This document shows positions 31,482-42,331 of a stretch of 64,000 nt of DNA, piece after piece; positions within the stretch are counted from its first letter, which is position 1; each line of letters begins with the position of its first letter. Source of the DNA: an uncultured delta proteobacterium (lineage in GTDB: Bacteria > Desulfobacterota > Binatia > Binatales > Binataceae); the NCBI GenBank assembly GCA_963808235.1, contig CAWEEQ010000004.1, positions 672,001 through 736,000 of the forward strand, given 5' to 3'. A program made the position numbers and the translations under genes. The notes under the pieces were generated by a model. The model was not told the DNA's origin, did no database searches, and saw nothing but the letters and a program-made list of their open reading frames with translations.

Positions 31482-33023
31482 ATGCCGGCTTCAGACCCAG
31501 CGAACGCATCCGGCCACTCCGCGCAGGGACGGCCCGCAGATCCGTGCGTGTTCGTTATCTTCGGAGCGACCGGCGATTTGACCAAGCGGTTATTGATGCC
31601 GGCGTTGTATAATCTGTACGCCGGCAAGCTGCTGCCGGACAATTTCGCCGTCGTCGGCGTCAGCAATATAGAGATGAGTTCCGAGGATTTCAGCAAGCAG
31701 CTCGGCGAAGAGATCAAACAATTCGCTACTACCAAGGTCAGTCCTGAGCTCTGGAAATGGTTCGACCAACGGCTCTTATACCTGTCGGGCGACTTCAAGG
31801 ATCCTGCGACCTATCAGCGGATCAAGTCGGAGCTCGGGACCGCCGACAAGCTGCACGGCACGCCCGGAAACTACCTGTTCTACAACGCGGTGTCGCCAAC
31901 TTATTTCGGCGAGATCGTCAAGCAGCTGGCTCAGGCGGGACTGACCAAAGAAACCGACGGAAATTGGCGCAGAGTGATCATCGAGAAGCCGTTCGGTCAC
32001 GATCTTGAATCGGCCAATGCGCTCAATCGCGAGATTGGCGCATGTCTGCGCGAGGATCAGACTTTTCGAATCGATCACTATCTCGGCAAAGAGACCGTTC
32101 AGAACATCATGGCATTTCGCTTCGGCAACGGCTTCTTCGAACCCTTGTGGAACAACAACTACATCGACCACGTGCAAATCACGGTGGCGGAGACAGTCGG
32201 CGTCGAGCATCGCGGAACTTTCTACGAATCGACTGGCGCGCTTCGGGACATGGTGCCCAATCATATACTGGCGCTGGTCTCACTTGCCGCGATGGAGCCG
32301 CCCAATTCGTTTGCCTCTGAACCGATGCGCGACGAAAAGACCAAGCTGCTGCGCGCAATCCGCCCGATCAAACCCACCGACATCCCCAAGTGGACGGTGC
32401 GCGGCCAGTATGGGCCCGGCACCCTCGATGACAAACAAGTGCCGGGTTATCGCTCGGAGCCTGATGTGGATCCCGCGTCTCGCACCGAGACTTACGTGGC
32501 GATGAAGCTCGCAATCGACAACTGGCGATGGTCCGGGGTGCCGTTCTATCTGCGTACGGGAAAGCGGATGGCGAAACGCCTTACCGAAATCGCAATCAGG
32601 TTCAAGGCGCCGCCGATGCTGCTGTTCCGGCAGACCGGCGTCAAACGGCTCGAACAGAACGAGCTGGTCCTGCATATTGCGCCGGACGAGGGCATCTCGC
32701 TCAGCTTCAGCGCCAAGGTTCCGGGCTCCGTGGTCAAGCTCGGCGGCGTCGATATGACCTTCAAGTACGCGGATTACTTCAACGCAGCGCCGAGCACCGG
32801 ATACGAAACGCTGCTGCTGGATTGCATGCTGGGCGACCCCGCGCTGTTTCAGCGCGCCGACACCGTCGACGCGGGATGGCGCGTGGTCGATCCGATTCTG
32901 GACGCATGGAAAGCGAATCCGGCGGCCGAATTCCCCAACTATGCGTCGGGCACGTGGGGACCACGCGCCGCCGATGACTTGCTCGCACGCGACGGGCGAA
33001 AATGGAGAGGAAGCCAATCATGA
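31482..33023 (+). CDS. zwf: Glucose-6-phosphate dehydrogenase
   Basis: [32 protein letters not shown]. Confidence 0.97.
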   Translation: MPASDPANASGHSAQGRPADPCVFVIFGATGDLTKRLLMPALYNLYAGKLLPDNFAVVGVSNIEMSSEDFSKQLGEEIKQFATTKVSPELWKWFDQRLLYLSGDFKDPATYQRIKSELGTADKLHGTPGNYLFYNAVSPTYFGEIVKQLAQAGLTKETDGNWRRVIIEKPFGHDLESANALNREIGACLREDQTFRIDHYLGKETVQNIMAFRFGNGFFEPLWNNNYIDHVQITVAETVGVEHRGTFYESTGALRDMVPNHILALVSLAAMEPPNSFASEPMRDEKTKLLRAIRPIKPTDIPKWTVRGQYGPGTLDDKQVPGYRSEPDVDPASRTETYVAMKLAIDNWRWSGVPFYLRTGKRMAKRLTEIAIRFKAPPMLLFRQTGVKRLEQNELVLHIAPDEGISLSFSAKVPGSVVKLGGVDMTFKYADYFNAAPSTGYETLLLDCMLGDPALFQRADTVDAGWRVVDPILDAWKANPAAEFPNYASGTWGPRAADDLLARDGRKWRGSQS

Positions 33024-33886
33024 AATCGCTGCGCGAGGTATTGCAACGGGCGGAAACAGACAAGGTCGCGATCGGTCATTTCAATTTTTCCGACCTGATC
33101 GCCTTCAACGCGATCGTCGCCGCCGCGCGCGAATTGAAAGTGCCGGTGATGGTCGGCGTCTCGGAAGGTGAGCGCGAGTTCACCGGCGTCGCTCAAGCCG
33201 CGGCGCTGGTAAAGGGGGTTCGCGAAGAATACGGCTTTCCGATCTTTCTGAACGCAGACCACACCCATTCGCTCCCCAAGGCCGAAGAGGCGGCCAAAGC
33301 GGGATTCGACGAAATCATCTTCGACGGTTCGAGCCTGACCTTCGAGGAAAACGTCGCGCAGACCAAAAAAGCCGTCGTCGCGATCAAGTCGATCAATCCC
33401 GCAATCCTCGTCGAAGGGGAGATTGGATGGATCGGCGCGTCGTCGTCGGTTCTCGACAAGGTGCCGGAGGGCGTCGGCATCCTGACCACGCCCGACGAAG
33501 CGCGCGATTTCGTCGCTGCCACAAAAGTCGATGTGCTGGCGCCGGCGGTCGGCAACATGCATGGAATGCTCGCGAGCATGGTCCACGGCGACGTTCAGAA
33601 ACGGCTCAACATTGAGCGAATCGCCGAGATCAAAGCCGCATGCGGAATCTTCATGACCCTGCACGGCGGCTCCGGCACCAACGACGACGACTTCAAGCGC
33701 GCGATCAAGGCCGGGATGACCATCGTCCACGTCAACACCGAGCTGCGCATAGCCTGGAGGCGCGGAATCGAAGCCGGTTTGGCCGCAAAGCCCAACGAGT
33801 TTGCACCCTATAAAGTGTTGCCCCCAGCCGTCGAATCGGTGCGGAAAGTGGTTAGTTCTCGGCTCCAGCTGTTCAGTTCCAAATAG
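33020..33886 (+). CDS. fba: Class II fructose-bisphosphate aldolase family
   Basis: NADH Zn-ligand motif, VEGEIG, AVGNMHG, TLHGGSG, VNTELR. ATGA overlap with zwf. Confidence 0.88.
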   Translation: MKSLREVLQRAETDKVAIGHFNFSDLIAFNAIVAAARELKVPVMVGVSEGEREFTGVAQAAALVKGVREEYGFPIFLNADHTHSLPKAEEAAKAGFDEIIFDGSSLTFEENVAQTKKAVVAIKSINPAILVEGEIGWIGASSSVLDKVPEGVGILTTPDEARDFVAATKVDVLAPAVGNMHGMLASMVHGDVQKRLNIERIAEIKAACGIFMTLHGGSGTNDDDFKRAIKAGMTIVHVNTELRIAWRRGIEAGLAAKPNEFAPYKVLPPAVESVRKVVSSRLQLFSSK

Positions 33887-33936
33887 CCCATAGCCCCGCA
33901 GATCCCAACCTCCAGACCGTGAACCGGGAGCAAGAA

Positions 33937-33979
33937 TTACACGATGAAATCATGGCTGTCGGGAAATACTTACACGCTG
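33937..33979 (+). promoter_or_regulatory. Tandem direct repeats, candidate enhancer (bEBP) sites
   Basis: TTACACGaTG at 33937 and TTACACGcTG at 33970, 33 bp apart and about 100-140 bp upstream of a sigma54 motif. Confidence 0.4.
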
Positions 33980-34075
33980 TAGGCATTTGGTGGCCTGACG
34001 AATTAAAATCGAACTTTCACGGATTCTCCTGCGAAATCAGTCAGATAGCTCGCTTCTAGCCTAGCCGTTACCAAC

Positions 34076-34092
34076 ACGGCATTTAAATTGCT
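34076..34092 (+). promoter_or_regulatory. Sigma54 (-24/-12) promoter motif
   Basis: ACGGCATTTAAATTGCT: GG(34078-79)-N10-GC(34090-91) with TTGCT. Confidence 0.55.
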
Positions 34093-34345
34093 TGTATCAG
34101 GCTGTGGTTGGCAAGTTCGTCAGCCAAACAATGAGCGAAGCGCACATAGAATTGAGATTCAAGCGCATGGCAACCGCCATCGCATGTGGCCAGTGTCCCA
34201 ACTCGCCGCCTCCTCCCCGAGGCCGCCGCGTGGAATGTCGCCGATGAAGCCCCCTCCCCCGGTCATTCTCGGTAGCAACAGCACCCGCGCGGCGGTCTCT
34301 TTCTCCTCTCGCTGCCTCTGAACGCGCCAAAACGAGGTTGAAGCC

Positions 34346-34603
34346 ATGAGCGCAGTCTTGTCGGCTGATTTCCCCAAGGTCGCAGCGATCACGAGGAAGA
34401 AGGCGCGATTGCACGAGCCACGCGACTTCCCCTGCTCCTCGGCAATGCCGACGCTCCCGATCTCGATCCCCGAGGAAATTCTCGACTACTACGCGTTTGT
34501 ATTCTGTCAGTTCGGTTTCGGTCAGTTGAATATGACCTTCGAACAGTTTCTGCTGGTAGCGTCGGCGGTCAGTTCGGCGGGACTAGTTGCAGAATACGAA
34601 TAA
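34346..34603 (+). CDS. Small hypothetical protein
   Basis: GAGG RBS; 85 aa with a protein-like C-terminal half (EEILDYYAFVFCQFGFGQLNMTFEQFL). Converges on the next gene. Confidence 0.6.
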   Translation: MSAVLSADFPKVAAITRKKARLHEPRDFPCSSAMPTLPISIPEEILDYYAFVFCQFGFGQLNMTFEQFLLVASAVSSAGLVAEYE

Positions 34604-34620
34604 GACTTTCGATCGTCCGG

Positions 34621-35757
34621 CTAATTCGATCGCGAAATCACTTGACCCATTTGCCCGGTGTCGTAGGCGCAAAACTGGCTCACTTCGTGCGCAAAGCGGG
34701 GCGAATTCAGCGCTTCCAGCATGGCCTTGATCGGGACTGATTCCGATTCGCTCTCGGCGATCACCAGATCGTAGCTCTCTTCTCTCAGCGCCACGAAATC
34801 CAGCCCCGACGCATCGGCAGCGACCCGGATAGAAACCCCAACGTTAGCTTGTCCCGCGGCAATCGCTCCGGCCACTTCCAGGTGGCCCGCGAGTTCCACG
34901 TCGTAGCCGATTATCCGATCGGGGCGGAGCCCGAGTTCGACGATCGCTTCATCAAGTGCCGCGCGCGCTCCCGCTCCACGCTCGCGATTAGCCAGCCTGA
35001 GCCGCGGCCGGCTCAGATCGCCGAAGCCGCGAATCTTGAGTGGGTTACCGGGTGCCGTTGCGAGACCAAGCTCCCAGCGTGCGAAATTGACGATCAGATG
35101 ACGGCGACGTCCCATCGCACTGTCCACTGCGCGCAGATTAAATTTGCCGGTCTTCGGATCGCGCAGATGAGTGCCCGCGGCGTGTGCGCGGCCGTGGATC
35201 AACGCGTCAAGGGCGCTGCTGCTCGAGCATGGAATCGCAATCGCGCAGACCGGCGAGCGCCGGCGCGCGAGGAACTCGGAGAGCATCGCGACCGCTGGAT
35301 CGCAGCCCGCAATCAAGAGCGTTGAATCGATCTCGTCGGGCGATCGGAAGGTCGAAATTTCAGCCCGGGTTTTACTCGCGTGGGTGACCAGCCCAGCCAC
35401 TGGAGCCAACGCTATCCGCGCCGCGGGCTGAGTAATGGCGACCACCCGGGCGCCAACTCGACCCAATACTACCCTGGTTTGAGCAGGGCCGGGCGCTTGC
35501 GCGTGGACGCTCCAGCGCACCTCAACGCGATTGGCCTCATCCGGCTCGGGCGCTGAAAACAAATCCTCGACCGTTCGCCCGAGTTCGCGCGCGAGTTTCA
35601 GCGCAACGGTCACGTTCGGCTGATACACGCCCGACTCGATCGCGTTCAACGCCTGTCGTGAAATTCCCGCGCGCCGCGCCAGCGCGCTCTGAGTGAGTGA
35701 CGCCGCGATGCGGATTTCTCGAAGACTCCCTTTAGGTGGCGCCGTGATACCTGTCAT
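34621..35757 (-). CDS. XRE-type HTH fused to PBP-superfamily (molybdate-binding-like) domain
   Basis: LTQSALARRAGISRQALNAIESG HTH; AGCDP, AAGTHL, NRERGAGARAALD, HLEVA, ESYDLV. Confidence 0.88.
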   Translation of the reverse strand: MTGITAPPKGSLREIRIAASLTQSALARRAGISRQALNAIESGVYQPNVTVALKLARELGRTVEDLFSAPEPDEANRVEVRWSVHAQAPGPAQTRVVLGRVGARVVAITQPAARIALAPVAGLVTHASKTRAEISTFRSPDEIDSTLLIAGCDPAVAMLSEFLARRRSPVCAIAIPCSSSSALDALIHGRAHAAGTHLRDPKTGKFNLRAVDSAMGRRRHLIVNFARWELGLATAPGNPLKIRGFGDLSRPRLRLANRERGAGARAALDEAIVELGLRPDRIIGYDVELAGHLEVAGAIAAGQANVGVSIRVAADASGLDFVALREESYDLVIAESESESVPIKAMLEALNSPRFAHEVSQFCAYDTGQMGQVISRSN

Positions 35758-35813
35758 TTGTCCATAATAATGGCACCGCGGCAGGTCCCGTGAAAACAGA
35801 TCGACGCAACTTC

Positions 35814-36846
35814 TCAGATGCGGCCGGCCGCGTGCAGCACCTGGAGAGCGTCGGCGGTGACCCATTCATTCATCCGGCGGTTGCCGCTGCCGCCCCAGTC
35901 CACGAGCGAAATGGATCCGAATCGCGAGCTGGTATCCAGCTTCGGCGAAACCTTGTAGAAGCGTCCTTGAGCTGCCCAGCCTCCGCCCGGTAGTTCCTTC
36001 CGCTCGAGTAGATCGAGTGCGTCGGCGCAGCGTGGATCTTTAATCAGTCCCATCTCCGCCATCGCCTTCAGCCCACCCAGGAAGTCGTAGTGCCAATAGC
36101 GTGGATACTTCGGCCGCAACCAAATGGGGAGAAATCACCGTCCCGTCGGTACGCCTTTTGAATAGGCGGCGGCACAGAAAAATTTCCGAGGCCCTCAATG
36201 CGGCCTTGCGAGCCAAGTCGTCGCCGGTCCGTTCCGCGTGAGCCGCGACGCCCAGCATCGGCAGAAGCGACTCATTGAACGATGACGTGTCGGCCGACGG
36301 GTTCCGATCACAATTCCATCCACCGTCCGGCCATTGCCAGTGCAGCAGACGCTCGACCAGGGCATCGCTTTTCTTGTCCGCGAGACCGAGCCTGGTGATG
36401 AAATAGAGCGCGTTGCCTTGCTGCGATCCGCATCGTCGATAGCGTCCCCGAATTAGCGGAACGCCCTCGGCGCTGCGATGTTTGGGAACGCTGCTCCTGG
36501 ACTCGAACTCCATGTAGAAAGAACTGTTCAGCCATTGATCGAGGACTTGATCGCGCATCGGAAGCAGCGACTCGTCGCCGGCTGGATAGCCAATCTCGGC
36601 GAGCATCGCGAGCGTCCAGTGCGCACCGCGCCATTTGGCATAGACATGAGCTTCTCGGATGAACTTTCGGTCTCGATCAGCGATCAGCGCCCTTGCGCGC
36701 GGAGAGTTCCTGATTTCTTCCTGTAGCTCTCTAACGTTTTTGGAATGAGGATCTTCCCCGAGAGCGCCGACCATCACTCGCCAGCGAATCGAGGGCTCTT
36801 CGCTATGCAGGAGCGTGTCGATCAGAGGACTGCGGCTTCGTTTCAC
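35814..36846 (-). CDS. Prenyltransferase/terpene-cyclase-like alpha-barrel protein (frameshift near 36120)
   Basis: YAKWRGAHW, QWPDGGWNCD, RRLFKR, then YPRYWHYDFLGGL...WVTADALQVL in a second frame. Removing one T at CATTTGG restores ISPHWLRPKYP. Confidence 0.75.
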
Positions 36847-36873
36847 GACTACCTCTGTTTCGTTTTATCCCGT

Positions 36874-37761
36874 TCATCGTTCGGGTGGGAAATCGCGCCG
36901 TTCGGTAAGCGAACTCAGCCGGACGGGAAGGGTGCTCACGAACTTCATCGTCGCGCCCGAAACGGGATGACAAAAACTGAGCTCGCAGGAATGCAGCGCC
37001 AGGCGGCGCGCGGGATCGGTCCTGGCACCATACTTCCGATCGCCGACGATTGGATGACCGAGCAGGGCGAGCTGAACCCGAATCTGGTTCTTGCGTCCGG
37101 TTTCCAACTCAAGCTCAAGGAGCGAAGTTTTCCCGCGGCGTTTTAACACGCGATAGCGCGTTATCGCCAGATCGCCGCCTCTGTCGACGCGATGCATCCG
37201 CAATGACTTGTCTTCCATCAAGCGGTCTCTCAACGTTCCCGATGCGATCGAAGGTGTGCCCTCCACGACCGCGCGGTATTTTTTGGTGACCGCCTTCCAA
37301 TTGCGCTGAAGCGCAGCCTGGAGGACTTCATTTCTTGCAAACAGCATCAGGCCCGAGGTCTCGCGATCAAGTCGATGTACGATGAAGGCCTGCTGGGCCG
37401 CCGATTTCGCGACCGATTTGAGGTGCTCGTTAAGAATGCGATGCGCGGTTCGTTCCTTTTCCCGCGCCGAGCCCATCGAAAGCAGCCCCGCCGGTTTGTC
37501 GACTACGACGACGGCCTCATCGAGATGAACAATCCGGAGTCCATGCAGATCGATCTCGGCATCGCGCGTCCGCTTCGCGGTCGAGATAGTCACGAGGTCG
37601 CCCGGCTCGAGGCGGGTATCGTGCCGCACCTTCGCGCGATCCAGTACCGCTATCGCACCGAAACGCAGCAGATCTTTCGCCCGTTTGCGCGAGAGCTTAG
37701 CTGGCGGTCCGAGCAGATACGTCAGCAGTTCGCATCTCGACTCGACGCGAAATTGAGTCAA
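36874..37761 (-). CDS. RluA-family pseudouridine synthase
   Basis: [10 protein letters not shown], catalytic [32 protein letters not shown] start overlaps the AKR stop. Confidence 0.93.
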   Translation of the reverse strand: MTQFRVESRCELLTYLLGPPAKLSRKRAKDLLRFGAIAVLDRAKVRHDTRLEPGDLVTISTAKRTRDAEIDLHGLRIVHLDEAVVVVDKPAGLLSMGSAREKERTAHRILNEHLKSVAKSAAQQAFIVHRLDRETSGLMLFARNEVLQAALQRNWKAVTKKYRAVVEGTPSIASGTLRDRLMEDKSLRMHRVDRGGDLAITRYRVLKRRGKTSLLELELETGRKNQIRVQLALLGHPIVGDRKYGARTDPARRLALHSCELSFCHPVSGATMKFVSTLPVRLSSLTERRDFPPER

Positions 37762-38729
37762 ACGTTGACCGTGCTCATGTCGTGGTAGCGGCCGCCGGCT
37801 GCGAAGCCCTTGGGCGCGACTTCTTCGATTTGCGCGAGTTCGCTCTTCGATAACTGGACCTTGGTCGCGGCGATATTCTCTTCCAGGTAAGTGCGGCGCT
37901 TGGTGCCGGGAATCGGCACCATATCTTTTCCCTGCGCGAGCACCCATGCGAGCGCGAGCTGGCTCGGAGTAATTTTTTTCTGCGCTGCGATTTCCTTGAT
38001 CCGATCGACGACCTTGAGATTCTTCTCGATATTTTCGCCGTCGAAACGGGGCGAGATGCGTCGACGCATGTCGTCGGCCGGCAGCTCGCGAATATTGCCG
38101 CTCAGAAAACCGCGCCCGAGCGGACTGAACGGAACGAATCCGATACCCAGCTCGCGCAGCGTCGGAATAACTTCGTCCTCGTAGTCGCGAGTCCACAGCG
38201 AATACTCCGACTGCAGCGCGGATATCGGATGGGTCGCATGCGCCCGGCGAATAGTTTTCGTGCCGGCCTCGGAGAGGCCGAGAAAACGCACCTTGCCCTG
38301 GCGCACCAAGTCGGCCATCGCGCCGACCGTCTCCTCAATCGGCACGTTCTTGTCGACGCGATGCTGATAGTAAAGATCGATATGATCGACGCCGAGGCGT
38401 TTCAGCGACGCGTCGCACGCGGAGCGCACGTATTCGGGCCTGCCGTTGATCGCGCGCTTGCCGTCGGGCAGGACCTGGTTGGCGAACTTGGTCGCGATTA
38501 TCACCCGGTCGCGATGTCGAGCGAGCGCCTTGCCGACCAGCTCTTCATTGTGGCCGACGCCGTAGACGTCCGCGGTATCGAAGAAGTTTATGCCCAGCTC
38601 GATCGCGCGCTCGAGCGTCGCGGCAGATTCGCGGTCGTCACGGGGACCATAAAATTGCGACATCCCCATGCATCCGAGGCCCAACTCCGAAACCTCGAGA
38701 CCCTGACTGCCAAGTTTTCGTTTTTCCAT
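37758..38729 (-). CDS. Aldo/keto reductase
   Basis: [38 protein letters not shown]. Confidence 0.96.
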   Translation of the reverse strand: MEKRKLGSQGLEVSELGLGCMGMSQFYGPRDDRESAATLERAIELGINFFDTADVYGVGHNEELVGKALARHRDRVIIATKFANQVLPDGKRAINGRPEYVRSACDASLKRLGVDHIDLYYQHRVDKNVPIEETVGAMADLVRQGKVRFLGLSEAGTKTIRRAHATHPISALQSEYSLWTRDYEDEVIPTLRELGIGFVPFSPLGRGFLSGNIRELPADDMRRRISPRFDGENIEKNLKVVDRIKEIAAQKKITPSQLALAWVLAQGKDMVPIPGTKRRTYLEENIAATKVQLSKSELAQIEEVAPKGFAAGGRYHDMSTVNV

Positions 38730-38741
38730 GGATTTTTTATC

Positions 38742-39719
38742 TCAAGCTGACGTGGATTTGGTCAACCGTTTGATTGCCGGCGCGAACGGTCTTTCGGCGT
38801 CGCAGTAGTCTTGCCATGCCGTGCTTTTCGCGATGAGAGTGGGGACGGTTCGGATCGTGAAGCGTCTCGGTTCGAGCTTCTCGCGGACCTGCGTCCATAG
38901 GAGGGGCATCGATACTGGCGCGCCGTCGCGGGCGCGAGGTGACAGCGGTGCGACCGCCGTCGCCATACGATCATTGCGCAAGTAGTCGAGGTAGATGCGG
39001 CCGCCGCGTTCTTTCTTAGTCATTTTGACCAAGTACCGATTTGGACTGTCCGCCGCCATCTGCATACAAAGCTCGCGGGCAAAAGTCTTGGCGTCCCTCC
39101 AGCGCGGCGGCGTTTTCTTTGCCGGACTGAGCGGCGTCACCACATGCATTCCCTTGCCGCCGGTCGTTTTGCAAAAGCTAAGCAGCCCGACTTGCTCGAG
39201 GCGGTCGTGAATTTCTCGAGCGCCCGCGACGACCGCTGCGAAATCGACATCTGGCGCGGGATCGAGATCGAGGACGATGCGACCCGGCTCCTCGGGCTCG
39301 TTGGGCTGGCAATTCCACGGATGCAGCTCCAATCCGGCTACCTGCGCCACGGCCGCGAGAGCTTCCACGCGATCGATTTGAAGATATGGCTTCTCGATGC
39401 CGGCGACTTTGGTCATCGTGAATACGCTCAACGTCCCCGCCATCGCATGGCGCTGAAAGAAGTGCTCCCCGCTGATTCCATCGGGCGCGCGGATGATCGA
39501 GCACGGCCGACCCTTCAGATGGCGAAGCATCCACGGTCCGACCGCCTCATAATAGTGCGCCAGATCGAGCTTCGTCACGGGATTGCGATCGCCGGCGTCG
39601 GGCCACAGGATTTTTTCCGGCTTGGTGATCGTCACGCCCATCACGACGGCATCATCCTTTGCGGCGTCGCCCTTGTTGGAATTCCAAACTGCGTCCGGCG
39701 GTTTTTTGGTCTTCAACAT
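38742..39719 (-). CDS. ligD: LigD-type NHEJ primase-polymerase domain only (no ligase or phosphoesterase)
   Basis: [14 protein letters not shown]...[38 protein letters not shown]. Confidence 0.88.
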   Translation of the reverse strand: MLKTKKPPDAVWNSNKGDAAKDDAVVMGVTITKPEKILWPDAGDRNPVTKLDLAHYYEAVGPWMLRHLKGRPCSIIRAPDGISGEHFFQRHAMAGTLSVFTMTKVAGIEKPYLQIDRVEALAAVAQVAGLELHPWNCQPNEPEEPGRIVLDLDPAPDVDFAAVVAGAREIHDRLEQVGLLSFCKTTGGKGMHVVTPLSPAKKTPPRWRDAKTFARELCMQMAADSPNRYLVKMTKKERGGRIYLDYLRNDRMATAVAPLSPRARDGAPVSMPLLWTQVREKLEPRRFTIRTVPTLIAKSTAWQDYCDAERPFAPAIKRLTKSTSA

Positions 39720-40195
39720 GACGGCTTGGCTACCGTGGCGCCCCAATCTTCGGGAGCGACGTTGGCTATCGACTGAGAGAAAGTCCAGCGGTGACCGGCG
39801 AGATCCTTGGCGCTGTACTGCCTCTCGCCGAATGGGTAGTCGGTTGGAGGACTAAGTATCAACGCGCCGAACTTCCTTGCCTGCTCGAAGTGCCGGTCAA
39901 CGTCCTCGACACTCACGCTGACTGACTGGCTAACTTCGCCCGGGCGCGGCGGCCGAAACTCGACGCGGTCAGGCGACGCGAATCCTGTTCCCACGCGCTT
40001 TGGACTCAGCAAGATTGCGCCGTCGCCAACGGATAGCTGCGCATGGCCGACCTTGCCGTCGGCGCCGCCGGCGCGGAGCCGCTCCTTGAACCCGAAGGCT
40101 CCGCAGAGCCACTCGATCGCCTCGGCAACGTCGTTGTAGACAAGGTATGGCACGACAGTTCCAGTCGGGGCGGAGCGATTGAACACGGGATTCAC
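39713..40195 (-). CDS. VOC/glyoxalase (bleomycin-resistance-like) protein
   Basis: [49 protein letters not shown]. Confidence 0.9.
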   Translation of the reverse strand: MNPVFNRSAPTGTVVPYLVYNDVAEAIEWLCGAFGFKERLRAGGADGKVGHAQLSVGDGAILLSPKRVGTGFASPDRVEFRPPRPGEVSQSVSVSVEDVDRHFEQARKFGALILSPPTDYPFGERQYSAKDLAGHRWTFSQSIANVAPEDWGATVAKPSC

Positions 40196-40199
40196 CTCC

Positions 40200-40237
40200 C
40201 ATCATAGCACTTTCCAAGTTGAACTTGTTTAGTAAAC
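40200..40237 (-). promoter_or_regulatory. Extended -10 element plus two abutting palindromes upstream of VOC
   Basis: Minus-strand TGcTATGAT just 5' of the start. Palindromes CAAGTT-G-AACTTG (40215-40227) and GTTTA-G-TAAAC (40227-40237). Confidence 0.45.
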
Positions 40238-40344
40238 CAAACGCCTGTTCTCGGCGCGATACGGTCGGATTGTTAATATTAGTGTAAGTTGGGATCGTCC
40301 GGGGGATCTGACGCGCCAGCAAATTTCAGAAGGGAGTCGCCTTG

Positions 40345-40947
40345 ATGCGGTTGAAATACTTTCGAGCGCTTACCTGGTTGATCGCTGCGGGCCTGGTGCT
40401 TGGGGACGTGACGGGATGCGGCATCAACAAGATCCCGACCCTCGACGAGCAGGTGAAGGCGGCATGGAGCGAAGTGCTCAACCAATATCAACGGCGCGCA
40501 GACTTGATCCCGAATCTGGTCGAGACGGTAAAGGGCTACGCTCACCAGGAGCAGCAAGTTCTGACGCAAGTGGTAGAGGCGCGCGCAAAAGCGACTCAGA
40601 TGCAGCTTCCAGCGGACATCACGTCGAACCCGCAAGCGTTTCATGAGTTCGAGCAGAACCAGGCGGCGGTCGGCGGCGCACTCGGCCGGCTGCTCGCGGT
40701 AGCCGAGGCCTACCCCGACCTCAAGTCGAATCAGAATTTCCTTGCGCTGCAATCGCAGCTCGAGGGCACTGAGAATCGAATCTCGGTGGCGCGCCGCGAT
40801 TACATTATCGCGGTGCAGAGCTACAACACCGAGCTCAGGACTATTCCCGGGCGCTGGATCGCATCGACGTTTTACCCCGATGCCAAGGTCAAGGAAACTT
40901 TCACGATCTCCGAGCAGACCAAACAGGTGCCCCAGGTAAAATTCTGA
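40345..40947 (+). CDS. lemA: LemA-family lipoprotein
   Basis: Lipobox VTGC; YQRRADLIPNLV, EAYPDLKSN, EGTENRISVAR. Confidence 0.95.
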   Translation: MRLKYFRALTWLIAAGLVLGDVTGCGINKIPTLDEQVKAAWSEVLNQYQRRADLIPNLVETVKGYAHQEQQVLTQVVEARAKATQMQLPADITSNPQAFHEFEQNQAAVGGALGRLLAVAEAYPDLKSNQNFLALQSQLEGTENRISVARRDYIIAVQSYNTELRTIPGRWIASTFYPDAKVKETFTISEQTKQVPQVKF

Positions 40948-41750
40948 TGCGCGCACGTTGCGCAACCATCGGCATTTGCGCGCTATCGGCGATGCTCGTT
41001 CTTGCGCTGATGCTCGCGTCGTCGGTGCTCGCTGCAGAACCGAAATTCCCCGCGCTCAGCGGTCGAATCGTCGACGATGCGCACGTCCTGAATGCTTCGA
41101 CGGTGGGCGAGCTCACCCTGATGCTAGCCGATCATGAGCGCACGACTGGTGAACAAGTAGTGGTGGTCACGCTCCAGTCGCTCCAGGGATATACGATCGA
41201 GGACTTCGGATATCAGCTCGGCCGCCATTGGGGCATCGGGCAGAAAGGCAAGAACACAGGCGCGATGCTGATCGTCGTGCCGAAGGAGCACAAGGTTCGA
41301 ATCGAAGTCGGTTACGGCCTCGAAGGAGAACTTACCGACGCGATCAGCCGAACGATAATCGAGAGCAATATCTTGCCGGCTTTCCGCCGCGGGGATTTCA
41401 ATGCGGGAGTACTCGCCGGCGTCACGTCGATACTGCAGGTGCTCGGCGGCGGGAATCCGATCAGCGCGGAACCGGAACCATCTTCGACTCCGATTCCGTT
41501 CCTGTCGGCTCCATGGCAGGCATATGTGGGGCTCGTCATCTGGTGTCTGTTTTTCTTCGGCGCGTGGGGATTTGCCCTTGTTATGTGGTTCCGTCATCGC
41601 AATGACCCCCATGACTGGGTGACCTATGGCGGCGGGAGAGGATGGTCGGGCGGATCCTGGGGCGGCGGAGGATCTAGCGGCGGAGGCGGCGGGGGTTTCT
41701 CCGGGGGAGGAGGATCTTTCGGTGGCGGCGGCGCTTCGGGGAGTTGGTGA
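40947..41750 (+). CDS. TPM-domain (YgcG-like) protein with Gly-rich tail
   Basis: WGIGQKGKN, RIEVGYGLEG, ends GGGSFGGGGASGSW. Confidence 0.93.
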   Translation: MRARCATIGICALSAMLVLALMLASSVLAAEPKFPALSGRIVDDAHVLNASTVGELTLMLADHERTTGEQVVVVTLQSLQGYTIEDFGYQLGRHWGIGQKGKNTGAMLIVVPKEHKVRIEVGYGLEGELTDAISRTIIESNILPAFRRGDFNAGVLAGVTSILQVLGGGNPISAEPEPSSTPIPFLSAPWQAYVGLVIWCLFFFGAWGFALVMWFRHRNDPHDWVTYGGGRGWSGGSWGGGGSSGGGGGGFSGGGGSFGGGGASGSW

Positions 41751-42331
41751 CGATGGAATCAGCTTTTACACGCGAGGAGCACAAGCGCATCGACGCCGCG
41801 ATCGCCGAGATCGAGCAACGCACCGCGGCGGACCTCTGCGTGGTAGTTACTCGGGTTAGCGATCGCTATTCGCTTTATCCGATCGCATGGGCGGCGATTT
41901 GTGCGATTCTACTAGGCGCGCTTATAAGTCTTGTCTGGCCACACATAGCGAGCCGCACCACGATCGTGATCCAATTGTCGTTCCTGACTGTGATGACGCT
42001 GCTACTAGACTGGCTTCCAATCCGGCTCTCGATTGTACCGGAGCGCGTCAAACATGCTCACGCCCGGCAACTCGCGCATCGCGAATTCAACGCGCATGCG
42101 ATGGCGAATCCGAAGCAGCAGCACCTGATCCTGTTGTTCGTCTCGCTCGGCGAGCGTTACGTGGAGGTCATCGCCGATCACGAGACTCACGCGCTCGCGC
42201 CGGCGGGAGGCTGGAACAAAATTGTCGATGAGTTCCTTCGGACGGTGAAAGCAGGCCGCGTTGCCGACGGAGTTCTCGCCGCCGCGCAAGCGTGCGGCGC
42301 TATCCTGAAGACTTCGCATCCCGCAGCTTAG
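41747..42331 (+). CDS. TPM-domain membrane protein
   Basis: IAEIEQRTAA, two TM helices, LLFVSLGERYVEVIAD. Third gene of the lemA operon. Confidence 0.88.
   Translation: MTMESAFTREEHKRIDAAIAEIEQRTAADLCVVVTRVSDRYSLYPIAWAAICAILLGALISLVWPHIASRTTIVIQLSFLTVMTLLLDWLPIRLSIVPERVKHAHARQLAHREFNAHAMANPKQQHLILLFVSLGERYVEVIADHETHALAPAGGWNKIVDEFLRTVKAGRVADGVLAAAQACGAILKTSHPAA

Noticed and set aside
36874-38196. 440-aa extended RluA, and other long N-terminal extensions in the ORF track (6330, 20551, 23590, 35865, 59319)
   Set aside because: Extensions overlap neighbouring genes; better starts with an RBS or stop-start coupling lie downstream.
41625-41750. GGC-rich tandem repeats, and Pro/Ala-rich tracts at 14635-14760 and 16120-16210
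   Set aside because: Ordinary low-complexity coding linkers of TPM and DUF748 proteins.
42300-42331. 32-bp convergent overlap of TPM and DUF952 genes
   Set aside because: Short 3' overlaps are common; no evidence of antisense control.
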